64,000 bases of DNA from Candidatus Melainabacteria bacterium 17Bon1m (GCA_032128875.1 JAVLKG010000016.1:1-64000); one strand, 5' to 3'; positions 1 through 12,809 are shown, counted from the first letter of the stretch. Made by a program: numbers and translations. Notes: generated by a model from the letters alone, not told the origin.

Positions 1-2026
<2,026 letters not shown>

Positions 2027-2448
2027 AATGTATGGTGCACTCACTGTCGAGAGTGCGCGGGCCTCAATTGCCTCGCTTACTTTGCGCCAGGACGACGCAA
2101 AGGCCACACAAATCATTGGTGGTTACGGACCTCAATATGCAGTTTTCAGGGTACGGACCGTGATATTAGCCTCACGGAAAGGCGGCTGAGCAATTGGCTA
2201 CTGCCTTCATTGCCTCAGCGGATTTACAATATTAGCAGGTTACTTCGGACTTCGCTACTGTTATTTCTTATTTGTAGCTAAGCCGGAAGGCTCACTAACA
2301 CTGCATCCACCACATCCACCACTTTTCAATGATTGATTAGCTCTTTAGAAGAGGCAGATTCAATCACATTCTTCGTGCGCTTCTTCGATGACTTTAGATC
2401 TGGTGATCTCGTTCTTTCGAACACATCGAGTCTGCTTTCACAAACTTT

Positions 2449-2521
2449 TGGAGGCTAGCGGAGTCGAACCGCTGACCTTCTCCGTGCAAGGGAGACGCTC
2501 TACCAGCTGAGCCAAGCCCCC
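2449..2521 (-). tRNA. tRNA-Ala(TGC)
   Basis: Cloverleaf GGGGGCT..AGCCTCCA with G3:U70, anticodon loop CTTGCAC and T-loop TTCGACT. CCA is not encoded. Confidence 0.97.
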
Positions 2522-3152
2522 AGATTGTTCTTCATCGTGCCGCGGCGATGAGGATAAAGCTTATTCTCAGTACGGGAGCGGCTTCCCTGGTTGTTGAGAA
2601 TAGACAAAAAGATGCGCTCTTCAATTGAGCGTACTTTTCTATCTTACACTACATTCCAACCGATGGGGAAGTGCAAACAATCTCTTAAGTAATTCCGAAA
2701 AGCCGCACTGTGCTGTGGTCCTATAAAAGTGCTTGGACTAGAGCGCCGAAAACATTGAATTTGTGGCGCTTGTTTCCAGAAAAAATTTCCGCAAGAACGG
2801 CATAGCGGCGCAGAAATTCTCCAGTCGTTTGATTCACGATTGGAAACACTTTCATTTGGGCACCAACCATTCGCGTACTCAAACAGGCTTGTGCTGCGGC
2901 TTTCAGTTAACTTATGGGGTGCCCTGTATTCGCGGACTACTTATAAACGATCCATTCTTCTTATAAGAGGAATGGATCTAGGAGGGGAAAGTGGTGCGAA
3001 TTTATGGAATGTATATGCAACGGATGTCATGGGGCGGTGGGCGCTTTCGCATTCCTATATATAAGGATTTGCAGAATCAGCGGAGCGAGCTAGTGCTTTT
3101 GACGATAAATCCATTGGCTGAAAACCCGCATAAAATATGCGGTTGGCGATCT

Positions 3153-5102
3153 TTATAGAGACGTTTCTAAATCCAGAGGAATTCTGAACCAAAAAATACT
3201 GCCGTTATTTGGTTCGCTCTCTGCACCAATCGTTCCGCCGTGTGCAGAGACAATTTCTTTGCAAATGGCCAATCCCAAACCAGAACCTTTTGGTGCATTC
3301 GGACCCTTAACGAATTGCTTGAATCGAGAGAAGAGAGTTTTTTCTGCTCCCTCGGGCAGCCCCGGACCTCTGTCTTGAACGCTGATCTTCAGCGAGTTTT
3401 TGTCTATGTGCGAGCCGACAGTGATTGTTGATCCTTCGGGTGAAAACTTCACTGCATTGGATAGCAAATTGACAAGCACTTGAATCATGCGCTCGCAGTC
3501 CATGTTTACTTCGCGATCTTCTTTGGGAAGTTCTATTTCAATATTCTTCTTCTCCGCTATGCCACGAACCGCTTCGTAAGCGAGAGTCAGGAGACTGGCG
3601 ACGCGTGTCGGCTTGAGTTCGAGTTCCATTTTTCCGGCTTCCAGTTTTTCGAGATCGAGCAAGTCGTCGATCAATCTGTTGAGCCGGTCGATTTCTAGTT
3701 CTACAGCCTGTTTTCGCACGCCGCCTTTTTCACTCAACTGTCCGTATATTGGTGTGTTGAGCATACCCAGAAAGTTTTTCACTGAATTTAGAGGTGTCCG
3801 CAAGTCGTGGCTGACCATGGCCATGAAGTGTTGTTTGAGTTGTTCCAGCTCTTTGCGCTCAGAAATGTCGTGCACCACACAGAAAAGAACTTGATCAACG
3901 GCAGACCATCGCACAGCCCAAACCATGTGCGCATCATGACCTTTCTTGTGTGCAATTCTGCATTCGATTGTGCCGGAATTTTGCTCGTTGCGGATTCTAT
4001 CTAGAAATTCGGTTGTCTTCTGAATGTCCTCAGGTACAATCAGTTCGCTGAAGCGCATGCCGAGAATCTCATCAGGAGCGAATCCCCAGTGATCTAGCAC
4101 GGCTGGATTAGCGGTGACAAAGCGTCCATCAGAGTCGATCGAACAAATAACGTCCGGCGCCGATTCAATAATCGCCTTTTCTTTTCTCTGCGCTTCGGCA
4201 AGAGCTTTTGCCATTTTGTGAAAACCGTTATCGAGCTCGGCGATTTCATCACTGCCTCGCAGTAATGGATTCAAGGACTTTCCTGATGCCAGGCGAATTG
4301 TATTGTCTTTTACAGTGTTGATACGTCGCAAGATGCGTTTGCCGAAAAGCAGTGCCAAAATCAGCGCGATCATTATGTTGATCAGAATTCCCATCATGAG
4401 GAAGAGCTGGTAAAACCTGCGATAACCATGCTCGATGCCGCTTAAGTCTTGCGATTCACGATCGAGTTTGTTGGAGAAATCCGCTACCTGTCTTGATGTA
4501 ATCATCAAGTATTTCATGATGCGCGAACGTTCTTCCCCCAGTTCAATCAAGTAAATGGGGTCCATCACCGAGTTGTCTGGCAATGAAGTGAGTTTTTCAT
4601 ACGTGCGATCGAGCGCTCGGGACAGGTAATTTCCATTGCTCTCTGCGATTTTGACGATTTCTGCTTGTTTTGCGTCGCCCTTAACCAGTTCTTTCAAGCG
4701 ATCCATATGCATTGAAGAGTGGCGTCGATAGTGCATGAATTCCATTCTGGAATTTTGATCTCGACGAAAGCTGAACTCTAAAAGTGACATACTGGCTGCT
4801 GCATAACCATTGAGAACCCGGTCTGCCTCAGCGCGAACGTTGCGCGTGTGTTCGACCTCAATTGTTTTTGCTTCTGCAGTTTTGTAAAACCAGTAAAGAC
4901 CGATGATAAATGTCATTTCGAAGAGCAGCGGCACGCCGACAAGCACCAGTCCCATCTGAAACATCGTAAGGTCGAATTTCAGTTTTTCTTTCTTGCTTGG
5001 CGCAGCATCAGGCACCGGCAGTGGTGCCATGCGGTGAAACGATTTGTCAGCCGCCCGCGTTATTGGTCTTGATTCGGATTCGGCTGGATTCCCGTTTGTC
5101 AT
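3153..5102 (-). CDS. Membrane sensor histidine kinase (2 TM, HAMP, PAS, HisKA, HATPase)
   Basis: H-box SHDLRTPL, N-box NLLSNAVKF, DRGPG, GSGLGL; PAS segment APDVICSIDSDG. Confidence 0.93.
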   Translation of the reverse strand: MTNGNPAESESRPITRAADKSFHRMAPLPVPDAAPSKKEKLKFDLTMFQMGLVLVGVPLLFEMTFIIGLYWFYKTAEAKTIEVEHTRNVRAEADRVLNGYAAASMSLLEFSFRRDQNSRMEFMHYRRHSSMHMDRLKELVKGDAKQAEIVKIAESNGNYLSRALDRTYEKLTSLPDNSVMDPIYLIELGEERSRIMKYLMITSRQVADFSNKLDRESQDLSGIEHGYRRFYQLFLMMGILINIMIALILALLFGKRILRRINTVKDNTIRLASGKSLNPLLRGSDEIAELDNGFHKMAKALAEAQRKEKAIIESAPDVICSIDSDGRFVTANPAVLDHWGFAPDEILGMRFSELIVPEDIQKTTEFLDRIRNEQNSGTIECRIAHKKGHDAHMVWAVRWSAVDQVLFCVVHDISERKELEQLKQHFMAMVSHDLRTPLNSVKNFLGMLNTPIYGQLSEKGGVRKQAVELEIDRLNRLIDDLLDLEKLEAGKMELELKPTRVASLLTLAYEAVRGIAEKKNIEIELPKEDREVNMDCERMIQVLVNLLSNAVKFSPEGSTITVGSHIDKNSLKISVQDRGPGLPEGAEKTLFSRFKQFVKGPNAPKGSGLGLAICKEIVSAHGGTIGAESEPNNGSIFWFRIPLDLETSL

Positions 5103-5215
5103 ACCTTAACTTATACAGGAACGTGAAACAATTCAAGACCGGCGGCAAGAAAAAACCTTTCTAAGCCAGAGCTTCCGGCTCAATCGCTCCCCATCAAGCC
5201 TTCCAAATCGACTCT

Positions 5216-5866
5216 CTAGACCAGACCGTGTCTTAGTGCTTTGACGGCTGCCTGGGTACGGTCCGAGACCGCAAGTTTGTCCATAATGTGCTTGATATGG
5301 GTCTTGACGGTGTCCTTTTTTATCGAAAGGCGGTCACCAATCTCTTGATTGGATAAACCCTCCACAATCAATTGCAAAACCTGCAATTCCCGTTCCGAAA
5401 GCTGTTCGTAGACCACTTCATTGGGCGTGGTCGCACCGCCAGACTTCGGCAATGCCCTCAATACTTTGTGGGCAATTGTCGAATCAATCCACAAATCGCC
5501 GCGCACGACTGCATTAACGGCAGTTTCCAGCCTGCTAAAATCGGCGTCCTTTAGGCAATAACCATTTGCACCGGCGGCCAGCGCCGCGAAGATGTCTCGC
5601 TCATCGTCGTGGGACGTCAGCATAATTACCTTCAGCTCCGGCCACTTTTGCTTAAGCTGCTGGCAGGCCTCGATACCGTCCATGATCGGCATTCCGACGT
5701 CCAACAAAATGACCGCCGGATTGGTCCTTGTCGCCACCTGAATTGCTTCTCTGCCATTAGACGCCTGATGTATCTCAGATACGAGTTCGCTTTGCTCGAA
5801 GAGGACCTTGAGACCTGCTCGCAGGTTGGCATTGTCGTCGACTATAAGGATTGAGTGTTTGGTCAT
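5216..5866 (-). CDS. NarL/LuxR-family response regulator
   Basis: Receiver domain (ILIVDD, LLDVGMP, GYCLKD) plus LuxR HTH (LSERELQVL..GLSNQEI..TVKTHIKHI). Start placed at MTKHS. Confidence 0.93.
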   Translation of the reverse strand: MTKHSILIVDDNANLRAGLKVLFEQSELVSEIHQASNGREAIQVATRTNPAVILLDVGMPIMDGIEACQQLKQKWPELKVIMLTSHDDERDIFAALAAGANGYCLKDADFSRLETAVNAVVRGDLWIDSTIAHKVLRALPKSGGATTPNEVVYEQLSERELQVLQLIVEGLSNQEIGDRLSIKKDTVKTHIKHIMDKLAVSDRTQAAVKALRHGLV

Positions 5867-5965
5867 TGTTGAACACCATTTTCTGTCGTTGTTAGTCTTA
5901 CAGTTTTTTGTTTTCGCGGGGCTTTCTATTTTGCTTATCGGCATAATGCTTATCGGTATTACAAG

Positions 5966-7708
5966 TTATGCGGTTGACTCGACTTCTGTCTTGTAAGGCA
6001 GAGTTGCCGTGAAAGTGGTACCAGTGGCTTCGTCGCTGGTAAAGCTGATGGTTCCTCCCAGTGCGTGAGCGATTTGCTGCGATAAATACAATCCGATGCC
6101 CGTTCCTCCCGCCGATTGCTGTCCAAGTTCGCCTTGCCAGAAAGGCGTGAACAGCTTTTCTTTGTCATTTTCGTGTATGCCTGGTCCACTGTTGTGCACG
6201 TCGATACTGACCTGCTCATCAGATTTTCTGACGGTGATGGTAACGGCAGTTTGTCTGGGTGAAAACTTGATCGCGTTCTCCAGCAGATTGCCGATCAAGT
6301 GTTTCAGCGCTGATTCGTCAGACTTAATAAGAATGCGTTCGTCGGGCTGTTTGAGCACAATTGAAACTTCTGACAATTGGCAGCGAAAATCGAAGCTGGA
6401 TACTATGCCTGAAACCAATTCATTGAGAACGAGCTGATTCTGCGACATGACATGGACGCCCTGGCGATACTTCGAAACCTCGAGCATGTTTTTTACCATC
6501 TTTAGAGCGTCTTCGTTGCTGTCCTGAAGGCGCAGCAGCAGCTCCTGATCACCGTTCTTCGCGTGTTTTTTCATCATTGCCTGAATCAAATAATTCGATG
6601 CAATCAGTGGGCTCTTCAAGTCATGCGCAATAGTTTGCTGGAGGACTTCTTTTTGCCTCGAAAGTATGGTCTTGTCGGACATATCTTCAATCAGCAAAAT
6701 CAAGCTGCGCACTTTTTCTGCCTCCATCATCGGCCAGGCAGCGATATCCCAATAGCGCTCCAGGTCTGTCCTGCTGCCTATCTGCGAGATTGCCACATCT
6801 TTCAGAATGGCCGGCTTGCCGGACGCGACAGTATTCGTCAATTCCTCACGAGGAAGCTCGGGCAACAATTCCCAGAGCGACATTCCATCGAGGTTTTCGG
6901 TATCGACGAGATAGCTGCGAAATACCGGATTGACGTCTTTGATTTTGAAGTCCGCTTCCATCTGGATAATGCCAATGGGCGCGTGTTGCACGATTTCGCG
7001 CGAAACCTGTTGCTCAACCATAAAGGCTTTTTGAGTCGCGCCTATGTATCGTTGAACGATTAAAGCCAGCGGGACTACGAATAGAAGGATGAATCCGCCC
7101 AAGCTGAAAAACATGAGTGACGAACGCTCGGCGTTTTCCTTATAGTCCTCAAGGCGCTCCTTAAGCACCGATCGCTCATCTACGTCGCTGATTATCAGTC
7201 GTCCGCGGATAACTTCCATTAGTTGTTGAGCTTTGCTGAGTCCGGGTTCTGAGGCCTTTAAGTTGCCTCTCTCTTTCTCCTTGATCGAAATATCAAGGCT
7301 GTTCTCGAACCGCTCGGTCAGCTGTTCTATGTACGTGAAGTGCCAGCGCCGCCAGCCTTCTTCGTCACCGGTGTGCTTCACGAAGGTGATGTATTTCTCC
7401 AGACCCTCTTTATCCTTCTTGTAGCGCGTCAGAGCGCCCTTTTCACCTGTACGGATATACGTTTCGGCCTGATTCTTCATGTCGTTCATAATCGAGATGA
7501 TCGATTCGAGACTGCCCAGCAATTCTTGCGATTTCTCGACGCTCTGTCCTGCTTGGATGGCCTTGGACGAGTGCATGTATGACGAAATTGCGGCACCGGC
7601 TACCAGCACAAAGGCAACAATGACAGTGATACTCAAGATCGACTCGGGCGAGCGGAAGAACAGGCGCGTGCCTGTCTGAGGCTTCTTGGTTTTGGTCGAA
7701 TCGAGCAT
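5966..7708 (-). CDS. Sensor histidine kinase (CHASE3-like, PAS, HisKA, HATPase)
   Basis: AHDLKSPL, NLLENAIKF, GTGIGL; two TM helices flank a helical periplasmic domain. Confidence 0.92.
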   Translation of the reverse strand: MLDSTKTKKPQTGTRLFFRSPESILSITVIVAFVLVAGAAISSYMHSSKAIQAGQSVEKSQELLGSLESIISIMNDMKNQAETYIRTGEKGALTRYKKDKEGLEKYITFVKHTGDEEGWRRWHFTYIEQLTERFENSLDISIKEKERGNLKASEPGLSKAQQLMEVIRGRLIISDVDERSVLKERLEDYKENAERSSLMFFSLGGFILLFVVPLALIVQRYIGATQKAFMVEQQVSREIVQHAPIGIIQMEADFKIKDVNPVFRSYLVDTENLDGMSLWELLPELPREELTNTVASGKPAILKDVAISQIGSRTDLERYWDIAAWPMMEAEKVRSLILLIEDMSDKTILSRQKEVLQQTIAHDLKSPLIASNYLIQAMMKKHAKNGDQELLLRLQDSNEDALKMVKNMLEVSKYRQGVHVMSQNQLVLNELVSGIVSSFDFRCQLSEVSIVLKQPDERILIKSDESALKHLIGNLLENAIKFSPRQTAVTITVRKSDEQVSIDVHNSGPGIHENDKEKLFTPFWQGELGQQSAGGTGIGLYLSQQIAHALGGTISFTSDEATGTTFTATLPYKTEVESTA

Positions 7709-7818
7709 TGTCAGAATCCGGTCTGCCTAAGATCTTATTCCGCGTAATAGAGGTATTTTCCCGGATGGTTAATCAAAGACGTCACCCATTCGGGTGCCTC
7801 GACCGCTGTTTCTCCTAA

Positions 7819-9852
7819 TCAAAACCCATAGATGTTAATCTTGCGAGCCTTAGCGACTTCTCTGACTTTGTCGCGTGTCGCTGCGTCGATAGACATGCGC
7901 CCGAGCTGTAAGTCTTTCATGTTTTTCATTTGAAGCGCCCTGAAGATGCCTTTGGGTGTCACTGATGTCCCTGGAATGTGCAGAACACAGAGATCCGGAC
8001 AATTGGTGGCAAGTGTTTCAATACCCCTGTCTGTGATTCGTGGATTGCCGATAAGGTAGAGGAAAAACACGTTTTTTCCAAAACTCTTAAGTCCTTCATC
8101 GGTAATATCAGTATTCGACAAATCGAAACCCCAGCGCGCTTTATGTCTTGCCAGTATTCGAGCAGAGTTGTCACTAATCAACACGTTATCTGCCAGAGTT
8201 AATTCTCTGAGTTTTGGAAGTCCATCGACAATTACTTTCAATGCCTCATCGCTTACAGGAAGAGCGCGAAGATCGAGCGATTCCAATTTTTTCAATCGAA
8301 TTAGAGGTAGAAGCGCTTTTTGAGACACATTGCCGCACCTTCCCAAGCCCAGACTGCGAAGCTTATCCCCATATTTTGCAATCGCCTCGACACAGGAGTC
8401 GTCCAATTCAGAGTCGTAAAAGTCTAAATACTCAATATTTCCACTTAAGATAGTTTTGATCCCTTGCGGTGTAAAGCGCGAACATTCTCGCAGCGTCAGC
8501 TTTTTCAGCCATTTTGTGCTGGCGAGCAGATCGAATTGACTCTGTGAAAATTCGCATACCGGTATCGATGCGTGCTCCCATCCGCGGCTGCGTGACTCAG
8601 TGAGCGCCTTTTTCACCTTTTGATCGTATGAAGCTTGTTCGATTTCAGGTGTTGAAAGTCTGCCGTCTAGTATTTCTATCGGTTTGACATTTTGCAATTT
8701 CGACTGCGGTGTGATTTGCATAACCACATATGCAGCTAGAACGAGAACAGCCAGGGTTATAAGGGCAATAATGGTTTGCGTGCGGCCCAATGCGGATCTA
8801 ATGGTGGTCAGCAAATGCTTGCATTTCACACTCAATGATTCTTTGGTTTGCACATTTCCACTGAGTGCATTTTTTTCTTCTGATTCTCTCTTGAACTTGT
8901 CCTTGATGTCTGTGAGAGCCGAATAAACAGAACTCATAGAATCAACTCGCTCTTCGACATTTTTCGCCATCATCGAGTCGACGAGTTCTTGTAAACGCGT
9001 GGGAAACTCTCGTCCCATGGAGGCTTCGCGCAGAGACTTCGGCTTCTCGGTTTGATGCAGCATCAATGTTTCAATAATCGTGTCACCCTGAAAAGGGGGC
9101 ACGCCGCAAAGGCATTCAAACATGACGCAACCAAGCGAATATATGTCTGTGCGTGCATCCATTTTCTTTCCGATGCTTTGCTCCGGGCTCATGTATAGCG
9201 GGCTTCCAATGACCATTCCGGTCTTAGTCAACTCTTGCGTCTGCGCACTATTAGATGTGATTTTTGCGATTCCGAAGTCCAGAATTCGAATCGAACCTGG
9301 TCCGATTTTTTCCTCCTGAAGTAAGACGATATTGCTGGGCTTTATGTCTCGATGGAGAACGCCCTTTCCATGCGCATGGGCAAGGGCATCTGCGCACTGA
9401 ATGAAAATATCTAAGACTTGATCAAGGCTTAACTGCCCTTGCTCAGCTAGGACATCGTGAAGCGTCTTCCCGGGCACAAAATCCATGACCATGTAAGGTG
9501 TGCCGCCGTCCGTGACGCCAAAATCGTGGACCGACACGATGTTTGGGTGGTTGAGTGCGCCTGCTGCTTTTGCCTCAGTTTGAAAACGCTGCACTGCATC
9601 ATCGTTCATTGAGCCTTGATTAAGGGTTTTAATCGCCAAATCTTTGCCGATAAAAACTTGCGAACAACGGTAGACTACGCCCATTCCACCGACGCCGATG
9701 CGGTTTTGAATATTGTACTTTCCGAGAAACAGATTGCCGGGCGAAAAGAGATCAGCCTCTATAGCCTTTTCTCCTCCCGATTGATGCCCGCCGGTCGAGC
9801 CGCCCACACGCAGTGTGGCGTCCTCGGCATTGCCGGTTTGAAAGTCTTCCAT
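7819..9852 (-). CDS. Hanks-type Ser/Thr protein kinase with TM helix and C-terminal leucine-rich repeats
   Basis: GVGGMG, AIK, HRDIKPSN, DFG, GSPLYMSPEQ; hydrophobic IIALITLAVLVLAAYVV; LxxLxL repeats. Start placed at MEDFQ. Confidence 0.93.
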   Translation of the reverse strand: MEDFQTGNAEDATLRVGGSTGGHQSGGEKAIEADLFSPGNLFLGKYNIQNRIGVGGMGVVYRCSQVFIGKDLAIKTLNQGSMNDDAVQRFQTEAKAAGALNHPNIVSVHDFGVTDGGTPYMVMDFVPGKTLHDVLAEQGQLSLDQVLDIFIQCADALAHAHGKGVLHRDIKPSNIVLLQEEKIGPGSIRILDFGIAKITSNSAQTQELTKTGMVIGSPLYMSPEQSIGKKMDARTDIYSLGCVMFECLCGVPPFQGDTIIETLMLHQTEKPKSLREASMGREFPTRLQELVDSMMAKNVEERVDSMSSVYSALTDIKDKFKRESEEKNALSGNVQTKESLSVKCKHLLTTIRSALGRTQTIIALITLAVLVLAAYVVMQITPQSKLQNVKPIEILDGRLSTPEIEQASYDQKVKKALTESRSRGWEHASIPVCEFSQSQFDLLASTKWLKKLTLRECSRFTPQGIKTILSGNIEYLDFYDSELDDSCVEAIAKYGDKLRSLGLGRCGNVSQKALLPLIRLKKLESLDLRALPVSDEALKVIVDGLPKLRELTLADNVLISDNSARILARHKARWGFDLSNTDITDEGLKSFGKNVFFLYLIGNPRITDRGIETLATNCPDLCVLHIPGTSVTPKGIFRALQMKNMKDLQLGRMSIDAATRDKVREVAKARKINIYGF

Positions 9853-9891
9853 AGGTGCTCTACCCACACAGTAATTCATAGCCCTAAAAGC

Positions 9892-9922
9892 ACTCTATCA
9901 ACGAGTTGTTGTCGACTTGTTA
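9892..9922 (-). promoter_or_regulatory. 11-bp direct-repeat (TAAC-N7-CAACAA) activator site plus -10 box TAGAGT
   Basis: Minus strand TAACAAGTCGACAACAA-ctcgttga-TAGAGT upstream of the kinase-LRR gene; same geometry as five other sites. Confidence 0.6.
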
Positions 9923-10150
9923 AATGGCACCAAGACGCCCAACTGGCTTGAAAACTTTGTTGTCTAACTAGTAAATCGCCGACGTTGGCAGGCTCGTTTT
10001 ACGGGCAATTGTTTAACAAGGTACAAAATCTGCTGCGCTAGACTGATATCTGATCTATGAGTTGCCTTTCTTGTCGGAAACCATGTCGCGCAAAGACCAC
10101 GAAATCCATACCGGCCAAAAGAGAATCATAAACAAAGGCATGAAAAGGGC

Positions 10151-11161
10151 ATGAGGAAAGGCCGTTTCAATCTCGCCGAAACCGGTTTTATCCTGGTGGC
10201 AATTCCGCTCGTCTTTCAGCTTGTTTTGTCGTTTCCACTTTCAGATACGCTGTCGAAGATTGAAAGGCAAACTCTGGCTCGCCTGCGTTCAACGAGAATA
10301 ATATCTGCCGCCAGCCAAGTTAGTCTTGAGTTCTACAGCATCGCCGCAATGCTGACGCTTTTTCGATTTACTAGAGATCCCGCAATTGCTGATAGTTATC
10401 GCGCCTCAAGACGTGCTGCTAAAGAGACTGGCGAGTATTTGATTTTGCTTACTAGCGACCGCCCTGAGCAGAAAGAGCGCGCGGAGAAAGTCAACAAGCT
10501 CGGGGACGAGGCGGCGGCTATAGTCAGCGGATTTGAGCACTCGATGGAGATGGGCATGTCCGCTGTTATTGAAGCATCAAGATTTCGACATCAAGTAAAC
10601 CGAATTTTCGTTCCGATGATCAATGAGTTGGATGCACTTGTAAAAGAAGAGCGTCTGCGTTTGACAGGTGAGCAACCGGATTTTGATCGTCTCTTCAGAG
10701 TGATTGCCATCGGATTTGGTGCTAATTTGCTTCTCTCCGGTTTTCTGGCGCTGTTTTTCTTCAGAACAATCATTTCGAGAATCGAGCGGCTTAAGTACAA
10801 CCTCAAGCGTTGCGCGCAGAGGGAAAAGCTGGCGCCGATGCTCGAAGGGCGCGATGAATTCGTTCGACTCGATGAAGCGTTCCATCGAATGGACGACCAG
10901 TTAACTGACATTGAGAATCGCAAACGGGAGTTTGTGGCGACGATCAATCATGATTTGCGAACTCCTTTGACCACCTTACAATACGTTGTCGCTCTGGCAC
11001 TCAAAGGCTCTTATGGAGAGTTCAGCGAAGAGGAGCGAGCGATTCTGGCCAAACAAGAGGAAAAAATTGTCGAACTTGTAGACTACATCAACCAATTTCT
11101 TGCAGCCGAGAAGAAAAAGTCCGAAACCGCGATTAGCACCGACACTGAGGCTAGTCACTAA
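10151..11161 (+). CDS. Membrane sensor with HAMP and HisKA (DHp) but no HATPase domain
   Basis: 2 TM, HAMP, intact H-box INHDLRTPL; the protein ends ~70 aa later with no N/G boxes. Confidence 0.85.
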   Translation: MRKGRFNLAETGFILVAIPLVFQLVLSFPLSDTLSKIERQTLARLRSTRIISAASQVSLEFYSIAAMLTLFRFTRDPAIADSYRASRRAAKETGEYLILLTSDRPEQKERAEKVNKLGDEAAAIVSGFEHSMEMGMSAVIEASRFRHQVNRIFVPMINELDALVKEERLRLTGEQPDFDRLFRVIAIGFGANLLLSGFLALFFFRTIISRIERLKYNLKRCAQREKLAPMLEGRDEFVRLDEAFHRMDDQLTDIENRKREFVATINHDLRTPLTTLQYVVALALKGSYGEFSEEERAILAKQEEKIVELVDYINQFLAAEKKKSETAISTDTEASH

Positions 11162-11163
11162 CT

Positions 11164-12636
11164 ATGCGTTTTTCTCTCGCGGCGAAAGGAATTGTGCTGA
11201 TTGCTCTGCCGATTTTGATCGAGTTGATTGCACTTTCTCTTTTGTGGCATTTTGTCATGGATGCAGACGCTGAGGCAAAAAAACAGTCAAACGCCAGAGA
11301 TATAGCTGCGGAAACGAGCCACATCTTGCTTCAATTTTTCCAACTCGGCTCTCAGATTTTGCTCTACAAGGCAGAAGGACCTGCTGGCGAACGCAGAGTT
11401 TACGTAGAGTTGAAAGAATCAATGAAGCAATCCACATCGAGATTGACTTCACTTGCAATCGATTTACCAGAGCCAGAGAAGATCAGGGTCAAACAAATTG
11501 AGACGCGCATCGATCGAGCAGTTGCTTTAGTAGGCGGTTACATCACGGAAATGACCAGTCCTACTCATATCCTTGGGGCTTTCGATGTTGCAGGCTTTAG
11601 AAAACAGTTGATGGATCAGGTTCTTCCGCTGGAAAGAGACGCCAAGCATTTTACTGACTTGAGTAAAAACAATGAGCTTTATGGACAATGGACGGAGAAG
11701 GCTTCTAACGAGCGGCACCTCTTATTGATCGGTTCTCTTGTTCTGCCAAACATTTTAATTGCCATTGCACTTGCGTCATTTTATTCGAAGAGCGTCCGCA
11801 GTCGAATTCGCAGAATCGATTCCAATGTTAATCGTTTTTTGGAGGGGCGTATGCTCGATCGAAGTATGCCTTCCGAGGATGAAATATCAGATGTGGACGA
11901 GGCTTTTCATCAAATGAGCGCAAAGCTAATCGCCGCCGATCTAGAGATGCAAGACTATTACGATTCGATGCAGCGCAATTTGGCTGAGCCTTTGCGTGAG
12001 CTTCGTTCGGTTTTGATTGCTTCTTCTGAGAGCGCCAGTCCTCTGACGGAAACTGGCAGAGCAAAAGTGCTCAAGAGCGTCGCAACTACCGACCGTTTGA
12101 TTTTGCTTATCAAAGAACTTGGAAAGATTGAGGAGATTTCCACTGCAAACGCGCAAGATGCCTCACCGGTGAAAGTGGAGCTCGCTGCATGTCAGATTGA
12201 GGATATTCTTTCTTCTTCAATTGCTTCTGTCGCAGAAATTGCCGCGAAGAAAGAGATCTCGCTCTCCTCTGATTGTGCGAAAAGCTTGATGGTGCAAGCC
12301 GACTCTGCAAAGCTTGTGCAAGTCATCGTCAATTTACTTTCCAACGCAATCAAGTTTTCACCGAAGGGAAGCGCGATCGAAGTGATTGTGGTCAAGACTG
12401 ACAAGAACATCGAAATACACGTCAAAGATCAGGGACCAGGTATTGCATTGAATGAGCAAACTCGATTGTTCAAACGCTTTGAACAAATCGAATCAATCAA
12501 ATCGAGCGACATTAAGGGAAGCGGACTCGGCCTCGCTATCTGTCACGACATCGTCAGTGCACATGGTGGCGAAATAAGTGTCACTAGCGAACCCGGAAAA
12601 GGCAGCGACTTCTGGTTGCGCCTGCCTTTCTCGTAG
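11164..12636 (+). CDS. Membrane histidine-kinase-like protein with intact HATPase but no phospho-acceptor His
   Basis: 2 TM, HAMP; H-box position reads MQRNLAEPL; intact NLLSNAIKF, DQGPG, LFKRF, GSGLGL. Confidence 0.88.
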   Translation: MRFSLAAKGIVLIALPILIELIALSLLWHFVMDADAEAKKQSNARDIAAETSHILLQFFQLGSQILLYKAEGPAGERRVYVELKESMKQSTSRLTSLAIDLPEPEKIRVKQIETRIDRAVALVGGYITEMTSPTHILGAFDVAGFRKQLMDQVLPLERDAKHFTDLSKNNELYGQWTEKASNERHLLLIGSLVLPNILIAIALASFYSKSVRSRIRRIDSNVNRFLEGRMLDRSMPSEDEISDVDEAFHQMSAKLIAADLEMQDYYDSMQRNLAEPLRELRSVLIASSESASPLTETGRAKVLKSVATTDRLILLIKELGKIEEISTANAQDASPVKVELAACQIEDILSSSIASVAEIAAKKEISLSSDCAKSLMVQADSAKLVQVIVNLLSNAIKFSPKGSAIEVIVVKTDKNIEIHVKDQGPGIALNEQTRLFKRFEQIESIKSSDIKGSGLGLAICHDIVSAHGGEISVTSEPGKGSDFWLRLPFS

Positions 12637-12658
12637 GGGCGACGCCATCATCGCCTAC
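12633..12658 (+). repeat. REP-like palindrome (GTAGGGGCG... family)
   Basis: GTAGGGGCGACGCCATCATCGCCTAC, overlapping the stop codon; related copies occur elsewhere. Confidence 0.65.
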
Positions 12659-12809
12659 TATTCCCTGCCGGGAATGCTTTATGGAAGCTTGCCAGCTACG
12701 AGCGCGGGCGGAAATTAAAAGGATGCCCTCTTTGCCCGTTCGGGCGTAATTTGGCCCTGTTTGAATAATTGCCGCATCCAATGCGATAATTAATGAAGAG
12801 GTAAGAAAA

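Noticed and set aside
10151-11161. Calling the HATPase-less kinase a pseudogene
   Set aside because: No downstream HATPase remnant; the next gene starts 2 bp later with its own sensor and the complementary defect.
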